Shown in pieces: positions 41,763-54,672 of a stretch of 64,000 nt of DNA. This DNA comes from Bigelowiella natans CCMP2755 (taxonomy: Eukaryota; Protista; Cercozoa). The notes below the pieces were generated by a model that made no database searches, was not told the origin of the DNA, and saw only the letters and a program-made list of their open reading frames with translations. The position numbers and the translations under genes were made by a program. Numbering within the stretch: the first letter of the stretch is position 1; each line of letters begins with the position of its first letter. The stretch lies in the NCBI GenBank assembly GCA_000320545.1, contig ADNK01001278.1, positions 1-64,000 on the forward strand, in the 5' to 3' direction.

Positions 41763-44042
41763 TGTTCCTATTCCCGGCATCCAGCTTAAGTTTTTACAGA
41801 GATAGCGATGTGAATGAGACTGAAAGATGTATCTCCCTCCCCCCCCCCCCCCCCCCCCCCCCTTGGACAAGGTTCATCTTGTGAATCGCGACTACGACGC
41901 AATGTGCGAAGACTACTACGACCTTGACTTCATGTCGCCGGTACTACTACTTATACCATTGGGTGCGTTGGCCATGGCCATGTCGCACCAAGCGTAATGC
42001 CGTAGCACCATTGCATGAACTATGCGGATCTTGACCGCCTCTTAGCATTGTTATCAACGACGTGCTGCTCACTGCAGGAGGTGGATACGAAACCGATTGC
42101 CCCGGCGCTGGCCAACTTCTTTGACGATGCTCTTGGTAACTGATTGTGCTGCTGTTGTTGAGAGCATATGTGCTGAGTTACAAAATAGCAAGTGTGCAAA
42201 TGTGGGTATCCCCTCCATTATGATGACCGTCCGACCGCCGCCACCCATCGGGGTCGTCATAATGTCAGCTCGCTCAGGAATTATTTGTTTCCTACTCTCT
42301 ACCCCTTTCCCAAATGCAGGCTACTCAGTGTCGGAGCTCAATTTCGGGGCGTTGATTGATGGTCTGGGAGAGGTACTTGGAAGAGATCATAAGAAGATTA
42401 CGAGGAAGAAGCGATCAATGGCTCTTGCGTATTCACCACACCTCCTCTCCCCTCCCGCTTCTCTCCCCCCCCCCCTCTATCTTCGGCAGGTGTTCTTCGA
42501 GTACCCATTCCAGCTACCACCGTACTACGCTTTGATTATCCGATCTCTGTCTTTTCTTGAAGGTGCTGGTAACCATAGGTAGGGAGGAAGCAGAAGAATA
42601 AGAAGGGGGCATTGCATTCATGTTTGTGTGAAAAGAATCCTTCGGTGTGATGGTTGTCTGCATGAATTTGCGTAAAAAAAGGCAGCAAGCCCTCAGGAAA
42701 CTAACCGCCTCCCCCCCTCCCCCCCCCCGTTTTCCTCCTTATAAAGGGCTCGCTATCCAGACGGACCCAGAGTACAAGTTGTTGGCCGCATCGTAAGAAG
42801 CAACAACCACGTTTATTGTCGCGATTGTAGCTTAGTCACAACAAACTAAAAGCATCATGATAATCTCTTTGGGCTTCTACCAACACCACCACCACCATCG
42901 CCACCAACTCACTTCCTGCTTCTCTCTCGCATAATCATCATCATCATCATCATCGTCATTATGATTTCCCTCGTTGACACTGCTGCTATAACAATGATGT
43001 GTGATGATGATCATCATCATCATCGTCGTTCAGGTATCCTTACATCGCTCAGCGACTACTCACAGACCGCTCGCCTGAGCTCCGATCTTCTCTCGAGGAG
43101 CTTATATTGCAAAAGGGCCGTATAAGATGGGGAAGGTAATCATTCTCATCTTTATCATCATCCTCATCATCCTCATCATCACCGCCCTCATCAATGTATA
43201 TACACGATTCTAATGCTACTTCTCCTCCGTTGTCTCCTTTCTTCTCACTGTCGTTCATTCGTTCGTAGATTCGAATCCCTCCTTACCGAGAGCGCCAAGT
43301 CAAAAGGATTTAACAGTTGAGTAGCCCAAACACGACGACGAGGAAGAGGAGGAGGGGGAGGAGGAAGAAGAGCGCCGTGCTGCCTTACGAATGGATGAGT
43401 GGAGGGAATTAGATAGAGAATGATATTCCTTTTTCATCTGAACACAAACACAAATGATGATGACCACGACGACGACGATGATGATGATGATGATGATGAT
43501 GATATCGCAGGTGATGGACTGTGGAGGCTCGCTGATTGGTTGGTATCAGACAGTGGAAAGAATGTCCGAAAGCCCGCAGCAAAGGAATTCATTTCCCTTG
43601 CCGATGGCGCAGTAATGAACACGATGAGACGTAGCATCGGCTTCGTTGCTCCCAATCTTGTTGACAGGGTAAATACATCACGACACTTCCGTGGAGAGAG
43701 GGAGGGATAGGCGAGGAGAGAAAGAAGGGGAATTGACAGAAAGAGAATGAATGCAGGAGAGTAAAACAGGAGAGAATGGCTTTTTTGCCTACGACGTCGT
43801 TTTTCTCCGTTCTATTATTGTATTGGCTATCGTAGGAAGAACCCCTCACTGTACGCTATCTTCTCCTCTTTTTTGTTCTTGTTCTTCTCCCTCTTCCTCT
43901 TCCTCTTCCTCTTCTTCTCCCATCGCTCTTTTCTAGGTCGCTCCGTTGATGACCCCAGCCGACGTGGATGTAGTGGAGAGGGCAGAGAGGATATTCAATC
44001 TCGTCGGAGTACAACCATCCCTTGACCCTGCCTCGGTCATTC

Positions 44043-44088
<46 letters not shown>

Positions 44089-44408
44089 TACATCGTTGCC
44101 TAAGCAGCAGCTCTCATACCGCTACTCCTTGTTCCAAGATGCTTTCTTCTCATTTTTATGATAATGATGGTGGTGATGGTGATGATAATGATGATACTGA
44201 TACTACGACGTAGGTCCGGCAGCTCGTGTCGCGAGCGGTGGCTAACAGCTTACGTGAAGATCCTGGTATGGAGGGGCTAAAACCTGCAGCCGGATCTTCA
44301 GCAGCTATGTACGATTCTGGGGACGCGAAGTCGGAGAAGAAGGAGACCGCAAACAGCCTTTCCTTTCCCAAGAACGCTGATGATAATACGGTGAATCATC
44401 AAAGCTAG

Positions 44409-44455
<47 letters not shown>

Positions 44456-45044
44456 GTTTGTCTGTCTGTGTCTGTGTCTGTGTGTGTGTGAATGTGTGTG
44501 CAGCATCATGATCTACATCAGCAGCAGGTTGTTTTGTCCTCTCGTTTCCTGGCCCTATTATCCCGTTCTTATGTTGTTTTCCGTCTCGTCGTCGCAGATT
44601 CTTCAGTCGGCGATCAGAGACCCTTTAACATCGTCGGTAATATGGCGAAGAACACATTTCTACATCAGTGTCAGATGACTTTTATCATCTTTGCGTCGTC
44701 GTTTTTTGTCACACAATCATACAATCATACAATCACGGCAAGGAAGAAGGAGAGGCCACTGGTGTGCTGATATTTGGTCCGATGTTGGATTATTCTCTGT
44801 TCATTCATCGCCGTAGGTGCATGTTATGAGACAAATGGTGAAGGGAGCACGCACAAACTCAGAGAGAATAGAAATGCTGCTAACAGAGCCAGGTGGACGA
44901 GAGATTGTGGATACCGTCGTCGATGGGCTGGTCCAGAGAGGTCTTGCGAGAACGGCAAGAACGTTTCTCGGCCTCACAGGGTATAACATAAATAGTAACG
45001 GCGGCGAGGAGAAGGGGAATACTGGAGAGAAAAAAGATAATTAG
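36660..45044 (+). CDS. ABC1/UbiB atypical kinase (plastid ABC1K-like), >25 exons, bipartite-like leader; DFG-encoding exon not found
   Basis: LGPSFVKFGQ/ALSTRPD, LQDKLPSF, PVAAASLGQVYKG..VAIK/VQRP, ELDYIKE, RVLTMEWING, QLLEEGFFHADPHPG, YPFQLPPYYALIIRSLSFLE/GLA, YPYIAQRLLTDRSPELR; leader LGLFFIALLALIV plus Ser/Arg-rich exon. Start approximate. Confidence 0.9.
37935..38016 (+). repeat. 41-bp tandem duplication that duplicates a 5' splice donor
   Basis: gtaatt(g/a)tatagagttcacagcgaccatgatgattgtagcg x2 with one mismatch. Confidence 0.92.
38290..44490. repeat. Dense intronic microsatellites ((CA)n, (GA)n, (TA)n, (CAT)n, (CTA)n, (CTT)n, poly-C), representative of the whole window
   Basis: For example (CA)n 38482 and 40987, (CT)n 39126, (TA)n 40170, (CTA)n 41657, (GT)n 41726, C-run 41839. 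Confidence 0.95.
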
Positions 45045-45180
45045 TTTGGTATCGTTAGTAGCCGCTTTTACGTTAGCGGTATGATAGCACACGGGGCACA
45101 CACGCTAATGTGCGTCGTGCAATGTATGTTGACAAGTTAATGAACTACATAGATTATAAGATCTTATGCTGTTATATTGT

Positions 45181-46120
45181 GAAACAATGCATGTGCGCTG
45201 TGGTGTGACAATCACATGTGTCTAGATGTAGCTAGCTGCGCATCCGCAACACAGTCACAATGGTGGCCGCATGATGCATCATGATGACTGATGCAGATGT
45301 AAAGATATTATGGATGCATGTCACATTTGACAGGTAGTTAAATTTAGAAATTAAGAGCCAGTGCAAAAGAGCTACTGGCACACAACACACTCTATATCAT
45401 TGCAAAAAAGCTTTCAATGAGCAAGTGTGTGATGTGTGATAGTCATGTGTGCATGCTAGCTATATATCATTAGCATGATTGCATGCACATCACACGCAAA
45501 TATGATGTAGTTAGCAGGCACTAGAGCACGCAATGTGACGAAATCAAGCTCTGATACTGATGTCATGCTAGCATGCAATGACCTCCAAAACGATTGAGAT
45601 GGCTAGATACTAAATGGTCTTCCATAGGTTTGCTGCCATGCTAGCATGCTATGTGATATGTTTGACGCGTCATCATGCACAAACTATCTAGCTAGCTAGC
45701 GCTATGCTAGATGCAATTTCTGAACATTCATGCTATATACTTTAAAAATTCCGCCATCCTTTCATGCATTTGAATATCGTTGATGGCATGTCTAGCTAGC
45801 TGGAAACATCTACATAGACATGCTAGCATGCTCATCTAGTCATGCTAGCATGCGCTAGTGCTTCTAGACATCAAAACAGCTTGCATGCTGCTACAATGAC
45901 ACAGCCACTTTCAGGTACATCTGTGCACATATACGTCTAGTACGTGCATGCACACATAGCCGGTGCTGGGCTACTTTGCAATAGTTGCATTGCTAGATTG
46001 CTACACTGCTAGACTGGGATGACCATCGAAAAAAATTGATTTGTTCAATGCATCCGTCTCGTCGCTAGCTAGATCGCTAGACCGAACTAGCGAAGCGCAT
46101 GAGCAGACATACGCACAACC
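45181..46120. other. CATG/CTAG/TGCA palindrome-rich spacer between convergent genes, partially TpA-depleted
   Basis: CATGCTAGCATG at 45564, 45637, 45819 and 45841; (CTAG)3 at ~45688. Confidence 0.8.
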
Positions 46121-46295
46121 AAGCAAGCTGCAAAATAAATTATTCGCGCACCAGCTTCAATTTTTTCATGATGTATGATTTTTTGACACAAAGTTAACAT
46201 GTTATTGTTTAATTAATAAGGTTGCTTTGTGGAGCAAACATGCTTACAATAACAACAAGGGAAACAGAACATTTAAGACACAATTGAAAGCACAT

Positions 46296-48235
46296 TTAGA
46301 TGCTAGCCGTTTCGAGTTCTTTGCTACTCGCGGTCAACTCTGCTTGGAGCTTTTCTATATGCGCCTTGATAGCAGCCTGTCGCACGTCCTTTTTCGCCTT
46401 CTCCAACTTCTCGGCACCAGCGTCGAGAGCTGCGACCATAGCTTTATCATCCTCGACGTTGGCCACGCCGAGAACCGTCTGTACCCTCTTGGTCGCTTCC
46501 TCTACGGATAGGCTCGAGTCTACCTTCTGCATCTCTTTAGCCCACTTAAGTTCCTGCACGCGTCGACGGATTCTCCAGTGGAAGAATTCCCGTGAGCTCT
46601 CCCAGCTCAGAGCGTCACGGATAACACCCTTTGCCTTCATGCGCCCTGCGCGGTCATGGAGATCGGCGAACTCGTGTGCGATGTTAAGATAGATAGGCTT
46701 GAGCTTGTCTTCCCGACTCTTGATGGCAGAGCGGAGCTCCTGGTTATCAGGATCAGCTTCGAGCCTCTCGCAGAGAGCAGAGAGCTCGGGGTCGAGGCGT
46801 TGCATTGTCTTCACTTGGTCTCCTTCCCTGAACTTGACCTCGCAGATTCCTGGGGGCTCTAGGATACCTCCGCGTGACTCGACGTCAGCATACATTTCCA
46901 TGTGCTCAGGGTTGATGGTCGGGTCGACGACAACCCATGCACCGCCACGCAGCTCTCCGGCAGGAGGGATGTAGATGAAGATCGGCTGATCATATTTGCG
47001 CAATGCGTCGACGATCTTCGCGCCGAATTTGAGCACCTCGTTGTACATGTCCCTGGTTCCTCCAGAGAAACCTCTCCAGTTAGCGAAGATGATCAGAGGC
47101 AAGTTTTCACCGCGTGCGAAGTCCTCAATAGCCTGAGCCGTCTTAAAGGCAGAATCTGGGAACCAAACTTGCCCAGCTTGCTGTTCAATGGTTTCGCTAG
47201 AAGCAGGATTAGCAGGGTCAGCAGGAATGCGACGATCAACCAGCCTCGTCTCCACAGCCACGCATCCGACTGGTACACCACCGAGCTTACCGCGACCCAC
47301 AATGACAGACTTTCCCCACCCTCCGAGCGTCTCGTGGAAGGAGCCCTTGTCGAAGAACCCAGATGTCCATTCCCCATTTTCGTTTTCTACGCCTTGCAGC
47401 ATATTGCGTGGATCGTATGGAGTCTTGGTTGGCTTGAAGGCAACAGGTCTTGATACTGGGTCTTTTGCTTCGATGACAGGAACGGTATCTTGTGCGGTCT
47501 TTGGCACGTACGAAAGCCAGTCGATAATGCGGTCGACGCCTTCGCGATCGTTAGTTACGACATCGTGTGTCACGCCGTTAGGGTACATGATCTGCGGCCC
47601 ACCGAGCTGATCCTGAGAGCTGTACACATCGCGGCCGAGCAGCTTGTTGAGTGCGGAGAAACCGGTGAGGATCATAGGTCCATTCTGCATCTGAATGGTA
47701 CGCTGTCCGAGCCTGTTCAGGTATGCCCCGATTCCCACCGAACGCCCAGTCACATAGGACAGAGTGAAGACCTCGTCGTAAGCGCGCGACGTCTCTCCTG
47801 CGATCATACCGGATCCGCGGAGGTTTTCGACACCGATGCCATGCACCTTCTCATCTCCGACGATAGCCTGAAGAGCGTAGCGTGTCTCGCCATCCACTTC
47901 CTTCTTCTCCGCGACAACCGAACCCTCTGGAAGCTCATTGTAGTCAGCTTCGGAGAGATATAGGTACTGGAACCCTTTGTCTGGCTCCTCTGGATTGTTC
48001 CAAGCGGCCTTGAATTTAGGCTTCAGATCCTCGTAGAGGCCGATTCGCGCTCCGGAGTTGGCACTGATAAAGATGCGTGGAAGGCCTTCCTTGCGTGCAA
48101 GCTCGGAAGCCTTGAAGAAGAAGTCGTCCTCGTTTACCCCGAAAGAACCAGACTGAAGCGTGATATCGTTGGCAATCAGCACGATCTCGCGTCCTTCTGG
48201 GTATTCAGGCGTTTTCATTGTACATCTGAGAAGCG

Positions 48236-48311
<76 letters not shown>

Positions 48312-49951
48312 GAGAGAGTTAGAGAATGAGCGAGAGAGTTAGAGAATGAGCGAGATTGTATTTAGTGTAAAACACGAGTGATCTTAGGAGCAGCAGATAC
48401 GATGCATCAGCACAAGAACATCTGACAATCTAAGCCTCAAAAAGAGTAGCAGTAGAGAGGAATAAGGGGGGAGGGAGGAAAGGGAAGCAAAATATGTTGT
48501 GTGAAAGTACCTCCAGGCAACCATTGCGATGTCGTTGGTGCCGGTGACCTGGGAACCCTCCTTAAGCTCCATGGTCTTACGATCGAGAAGCAATTCCTTT
48601 GCCTCGAAGACGTTAGGAGGAATGCTGCTGGCCATATTCTCGCCAAGATGATCTTCCCATCGCCTTAGAATCGACATCTCCATGAGAGTGAGGAAGTCGT
48701 ACGCGTACGTGGTGCCAATACGTCTTGCATTAGCTCGCTTGGCCTGCAGCTTGTCGGAGGCAGCGTAAGGCTCGAGCGTGCGGCTCTCATCAGCCGTCTC
48801 GGGGTAAATAAGGCTGAAGCGGGTAGGCACACCGTTGATCGGGCTGATCTCCTCCTTGTAGGCCTTCACATCGAAGAGCTGGCCACCGAGCGATGACGCT
48901 ACCAGACGCAGGGGCGAGCAGGATCCGTCAGATTCGCGTTGGTTAACCTTGATCTCAAACTCATCGATTTTGAGTCGAAGCAGGCGGTCGGAATACTTAG
49001 CAACGAGCTTCTCACGAAGAGTCTTGAACCGACGGGTGATGTCCTCAGTGCTGGCCTCCCACTCTGGCTGCACGTGTACGAAAATACGCGATGAGACGGT
49101 GGGCAGGATCTTTGGGTTGAGCAGAGCGCGCTCGGCCTCATCGAGGCACTGCACCATCATCTTCTCCGCGCTTTCCACCGACGAGAACGCAGCCTCGTTG
49201 GTAAAAGACCGGACGAACAGCGACTGTGGGGAAGGGCGGCGGGTAGGCTTGGAAGTCTTCTCCGATCCGAGATAGAGGTGTGTAAAAGGGTTGTTGGTGG
49301 GCAGACGTTGAAGATCAAAGTTACCCTCCATACGGCTCAGCTCAAAGATATGAGGAAAAGCAGGGCGCATGTCTCGACGCAGAGGATCTTCTTTGAAGCC
49401 ATTGCAGTATACGAGATTTAGGTAGCGAGGCTGGCTAGGAGAATGGTTGAACATCAGAACGATGTTGCGGATGCCACGGCCCTTGAACTCAGCGTTAGCT
49501 GCTACGGCTTTCTCCGCGCGCTCTATGATTCCGGAGAGCGCCTTATCGTCGATCTCAGGGCAGTCAGAGAAGCTAATATGCACGGTGTTGAGGGGTTCTG
49601 CATCGTCGGCCACCTTGTCGAACGGAAGCGACATAGCTGAGAGAGAGCTCTCAAGCTGATCCAGAGAGGGAACAACCTTCATGTAGGCCTCACGCACAGG
49701 TGTCTGTGCATCGGGGGTACTGGCATACTTGTACTTGAAGCGAGCCTCTGCCCCTCCCTCCTGCGAGTCATCGATCTGCACGCCGTCCTCGATGATGCGG
49801 TATGGGCGGTAGGTGCGGAGAGCGTAAACTTCGAGAGCCTTTTGGCGCACCTCCTTGTCAGGATCGTTGAACAGCTGGCCGAGCAAGTCAACACCAGCGG
49901 ACAAGATTGGTGAAGCACTCAATTCATCCAGATTGGATCTGAGGGAGGGGG

Positions 49952-50017
<66 letters not shown>

Positions 50018-51223
50018 AATGGATGAGGAGGTAAGCGGAGAGAGGGAGGGGCTAATCATCATCACTATCCCCTAATCTGAGGAAGTGATATATTAGTAAT
50101 AACAGTAATAATCATCACCATCATCATTTTCTCATTCATCATTCAAGCACATATTACGTTTGCACAAGTTCGTTACGAAGACGCGCCAGGCGCTCGCTAA
50201 AGGTGCCGAGAGCCCACTGTGCCAGAGTATCCTGTGCATCAAGAGCGACTTGTCCGTATCCTTTTCCTTGCAGCTGAGCCAATTTGCGCAGAGATCCGAG
50301 CAGATTCTCTGGCAGCACAGGGTCCTCGAAGCGCGCGCGGATGTTGTTGTTCACGGCGCGAAGAAGTGAGGTGATGATCTGCGCGCGTGGCTTAAGGTTG
50401 CGGTGGGCTACGATCGTGTCAATGACAGTTTGCAGCTGGTCCTTGTTGTCGCGAGCAAACTTCAGAATCACGTCATCGAGGTCGACAGCGCCAGCGAAGC
50501 GCTCTTCCATACTAACGAAGAGGCTGACGAGTGCCTCCACCTTCTCGAACGCCTCCCCAGCAGAGGTAGCGCCCTCGATCATCTCAGCGATCAACTGTCG
50601 GCGTTCTCCGTTGTGAATCCGTTGATAGCGTTGTCTAGGAGAGTAAAAGCTCGGTCGTCTTTGCCAGCCTCATCCTGTAGCTGGTCGATGCTGTCTAGTT
50701 GGCCTTCAAAAGGAAGGATTTTCTTGACCTTGGAAGGATCCTTCAACTCAAGGCTGGCGAGGAGATCACCAGCGCCAATCACAGATCCTGGCGACATCTC
50801 GTGTTTAATCTTTCCAGTCTCTCCGGCAGGGAAGGACATGATCATCTTCATAGCTTCAACCTCAACGTACGGCTCTCCCTGTTCGACGGTGTCTCCCTCT
50901 GAATGCAGGTAGCGCACGATCTTTCCGGTGATATCAGAGCGAAGCTCGGAAGGATCAAAGACCGTTGGTACGATAATGGTCTGGCCGTCAAGAGTGAGGC
51001 GCAATCCCAATGGCTCCTCAAGGGCGCTGACCTTGTGAGTGTAGCCGCCATATTTCATTAGAAGCGATCTGAGGAGGAGGGACGATAAGGAAAAAAAAAG
51101 GGTCAGATACGATGACAGGGCAAGGGTTGATGATGATGGGGAGAGGAAGGGCAATGTAAACGATGTTCCGAAAAGCGTGCGTAAGAGCAGTGGATCGGCT
51201 ACTCCTTCATCTTTATCGTTATG

Positions 51224-51258
<35 letters not shown>

Positions 51259-52807
51259 TCTTTTAACTACTACCCATCAGGCTGCTCGCGGATGCGCACG
51301 TCAATCGAACCGCCATTCACCGTAAAGCGGAGGGTGTCAGGGCCCATTCTCTGCGCGTCGAAGTGATACTTGACGTCCTCATAGGTGATATCGATAGGGA
51401 ATTGGTTGACAGAGTTCAGATCTGCCAGCCCTGTCTGTCCCTTCTCGAGTGCCTCCACACTCTTGCTCATCTGGCTCTTGATCTGGTTGTAGGCACGAGC
51501 AGCAGCCGATGCTAGGACGACCTCCTGCGGGTTGGTGTTCTGCTTGACTTGCTTCTCCTTAATGAGGCCATCGAGCCAAGAGGTGTCGATGGTATTGTCA
51601 ATGAATGCTGGGGTCTGCAGCAGCTCGCCAAGGTAGGTAACGGCTGTGCGGATATCCCCCTTCACATCCAGCTCACGGAGAGCAAGGATCAGATGCTTAC
51701 GCGCCTCCTCACGGGTTGGTCCGGAAGCAAACAAGTGGCCGAACTGCGAGTCTGCAAACTCGTGGATCCCACCATTAGCTCCCACGGAGAAGTAGCCCCA
51801 CACCCTAGGCGTAGACTTGAAGTTAATGCGCTCGATTCGTCCACTAGTTGGCTTGAACCCATCGTCGGGGTTCTCGGCAGTGATACGCGCTGCGATGACG
51901 TGATTGTCGATGTCGCGGTACTCCTCGGTCATGAAATCAATCTCAGATGTAGGCTGCGACGGATCACGGCCGTAGAATCGCTGTACGTCAGGGATGTTGG
52001 TGAGGGGAATACCCATAGCAACCTGTAGCTGTGTGGCTGGCATGTTGATGCCCGTGATGCCCTCTGTAACAGGGTGCTCAACCTGCAGACGCGGGTTCAG
52101 CTCGAGGAAGTAGAACTTGCCGGTGGCAGCGTTGAAGAGGTATTCCACAGTACCAGCACCTTGGTATCCGATCGATTGGGTGAGGCGCTGAGCGGCCCTT
52201 TCCATCAATTGGAAAGTGTCCTTGGAAGCGATGATGGGTGGACCCTCCTCGAAGATCTTCTGGAATCGACGCTGTGTGGAGCAATCACGCCCGTTCAACG
52301 CGACGGCGTTTCCGTGCGCATCCCCAACGATCTGAACTTCGAGGTGTCGTGCCTCTTTACAGAGCTGCATCATGAACATGGGCGAGCCGGGAACCTCGTT
52401 CGACACCTGGACGAAGTTGGTGCGGAGCTCTTCCACGTTATCAGACATACGGATACCCTTTCCTCCGCCTCCTTCCGACGCTTTGAGCATGACAGGGAAC
52501 CCAATGCGCTCCGCTGCTGCAACAGCCTCCTCCTCTGTGGTGACCATTGCCTTGTTGAAGATCTCGTCTGGGATGCGGCCCTCTTCGTTGAGGTCCGCTT
52601 TAAGACCGTCGCCAGACCACGGAATGGAAGGTACTTCAGCTGTCTGTGCAAGGATATTAGCTGCAATCTTGTCCCCAAGCAACGACATCACACGTCCTCC
52701 AGGTCCAATGAACTTTACACCTAGGGGGGTAGAGTACAAAAACGGGAGCATTCCTTTAGTGTCAATGCACCAGCAGGAATTGGATTTGTACCCCTACAAC
52801 TACTCTC

Positions 52808-52843
<36 letters not shown>

Positions 52844-54107
52844 ATACCGATTTTGTCCAGAGAATCAGGAAGCTCAGGCTTCTCAGAAGCATGTCCCCTA
52901 CAATTTGAGCAGATAAGACTTAGTTGACATTATCCAGATAATCGCCACCAATTATAGATAATATAATAAAAAAGTATCAGAATGTTATTTTTGACGGCGG
53001 GATCGACCAAATCCTCTTCACATTGATGACAATTACCATCCGGGCCATACGGCGTCGACGCCTTGCTCCTGAGCTACCTTACAGATGAGAGGCACGTTTG
53101 CGTAGTTGTTGGAGTTTTTACCACCTGGAACCTGACATCGGTGCGAAGGGTTGTTTTCAACAGTGGTGATGATGTTAAAATGATGCCTGCATGATAGTTA
53201 CAGCGAAGAGGATATGGATTTGAAGAGGAAGCGAGCTCCTCCGGATGGTAAAGGAAATATTACCTCCACATACTCATTGGCCAGGCGGATGAACTCAGCA
53301 TTGGCATTGAGGTCCTCTGGGGTAGCCATAGCCACGAATTCAATCGCGTTCACATCTCCAAGGGTGAGGAATGCCCATTGCCTCATGGAAAGCATTGCCT
53401 ATAATAAGAGGGAAAAAAAGGAGCAACGCAAATGAAGACAGAATATGTCAATACGAGTAGCAGCAGCATTAGTATAGATTTTAGGGATTCATTAGATTTC
53501 CAAATAAGGAGAAGTAAAGCAGCTAAAAATGTGGTGAAACCTTCGTGGCAGCCATTCCGTTGTTGGCAATGAGGATGCGTTTAATTGGACGGTCTCCTCC
53601 ACGTTCCTTCACATACCTGTTCGGCAGGGTGATAAATAAATATCCTAAGCCTTGTGCATACTATTTAAACCATTACATATGTACATAATACGTACAGATA
53701 AAGTTCATAATATTCGAAGTATTAAGGGAGCTAGAAACGAGAAAATTGCGTAATATCCGCACGTATTCTCCATTGCCACGTATTACTGCGTACACTTGCA
53801 ATCAACCCAACCGCTACGATTCCTTTAATCCTAACCCTTTCATATCACTACTACTATCTACGACGCTACTTACTCCTCGAGAGAAGCTGCTGTTGCTTGG
53901 GAAACAACGCTACGAGGCTTTAAGAGGTTCTTGCTTTCAGGGCGGAAAGAAGGACGCTCTTGAGCGATGTGAGACATTGAACCGGTAGAAGAGATGGCAG
54001 AAGCCTTCGACTTAAGTGCGGTCCTCATGAAAGGCGACACAACTGATTCGTGGAGTAGAGATCACATGCATAACCGCAATTACATGTCTGCCCGCCCCCC
54101 CCCCCCT

Positions 54108-54141
<34 letters not shown>

Positions 54142-54672
54142 CTTTTCGTGGGTGTATGAATGTGTGAGTGAGAGAGAGAGAGGGAGAGAGGGAGGTGGAG
54201 CATATACATAGAGAACGCACACATATACGGATAACTGACATGTATCTATGACTTCCATACACAACTTGTCAACTCACTATCCTCGTATCAACATTATGCG
54301 AATTATCATGCATATACTATTATACCTCTTGTAGGTAAGCCCATCGTCGCAGACCTTGAGGCCGAGACGGCTGGATACCGCAAACAAAGGAAGGGTATGC
54401 GTGTCAAAAGAAAGTACATACGCTGATAATCCCAACCCACATGCAACGCTCATTTTCTCGTCTTCGTCGAACCCGGAAAAAGAGAGAGATATTGAAATAA
54501 TTTAATTACCTGCTTCCAGCCCCCACTTGGACTCAGTTGATGAGGTAGTTGCCAATTGGTATGTGACGAAGGTCGCTATCAAGATTGCAGCGGATGCGGC
54601 ATATTGCAGCCCGCGAAGACCCTTCCCAGTGCGGGAGATAGGGCCACGCGTTAAGGGTGTATCCTCCCTCAT
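46296..54672 (-). CDS. ACC: Homomeric (multidomain) acetyl-CoA carboxylase, probably plastid-targeted
   Basis: Biotin carboxylase ([53 protein letters not shown]), biotin-attachment EVEAMKM, carboxyltransferase ([42 protein letters not shown]); first exon [28 protein letters not shown] followed by transit-like exons. Confidence 0.97.

Noticed and set aside
46300-52908. Many + strand ORFs of 100-216 aa
   Set aside because: Antisense to the GC3-rich ACCase exons; no recognisable motifs.
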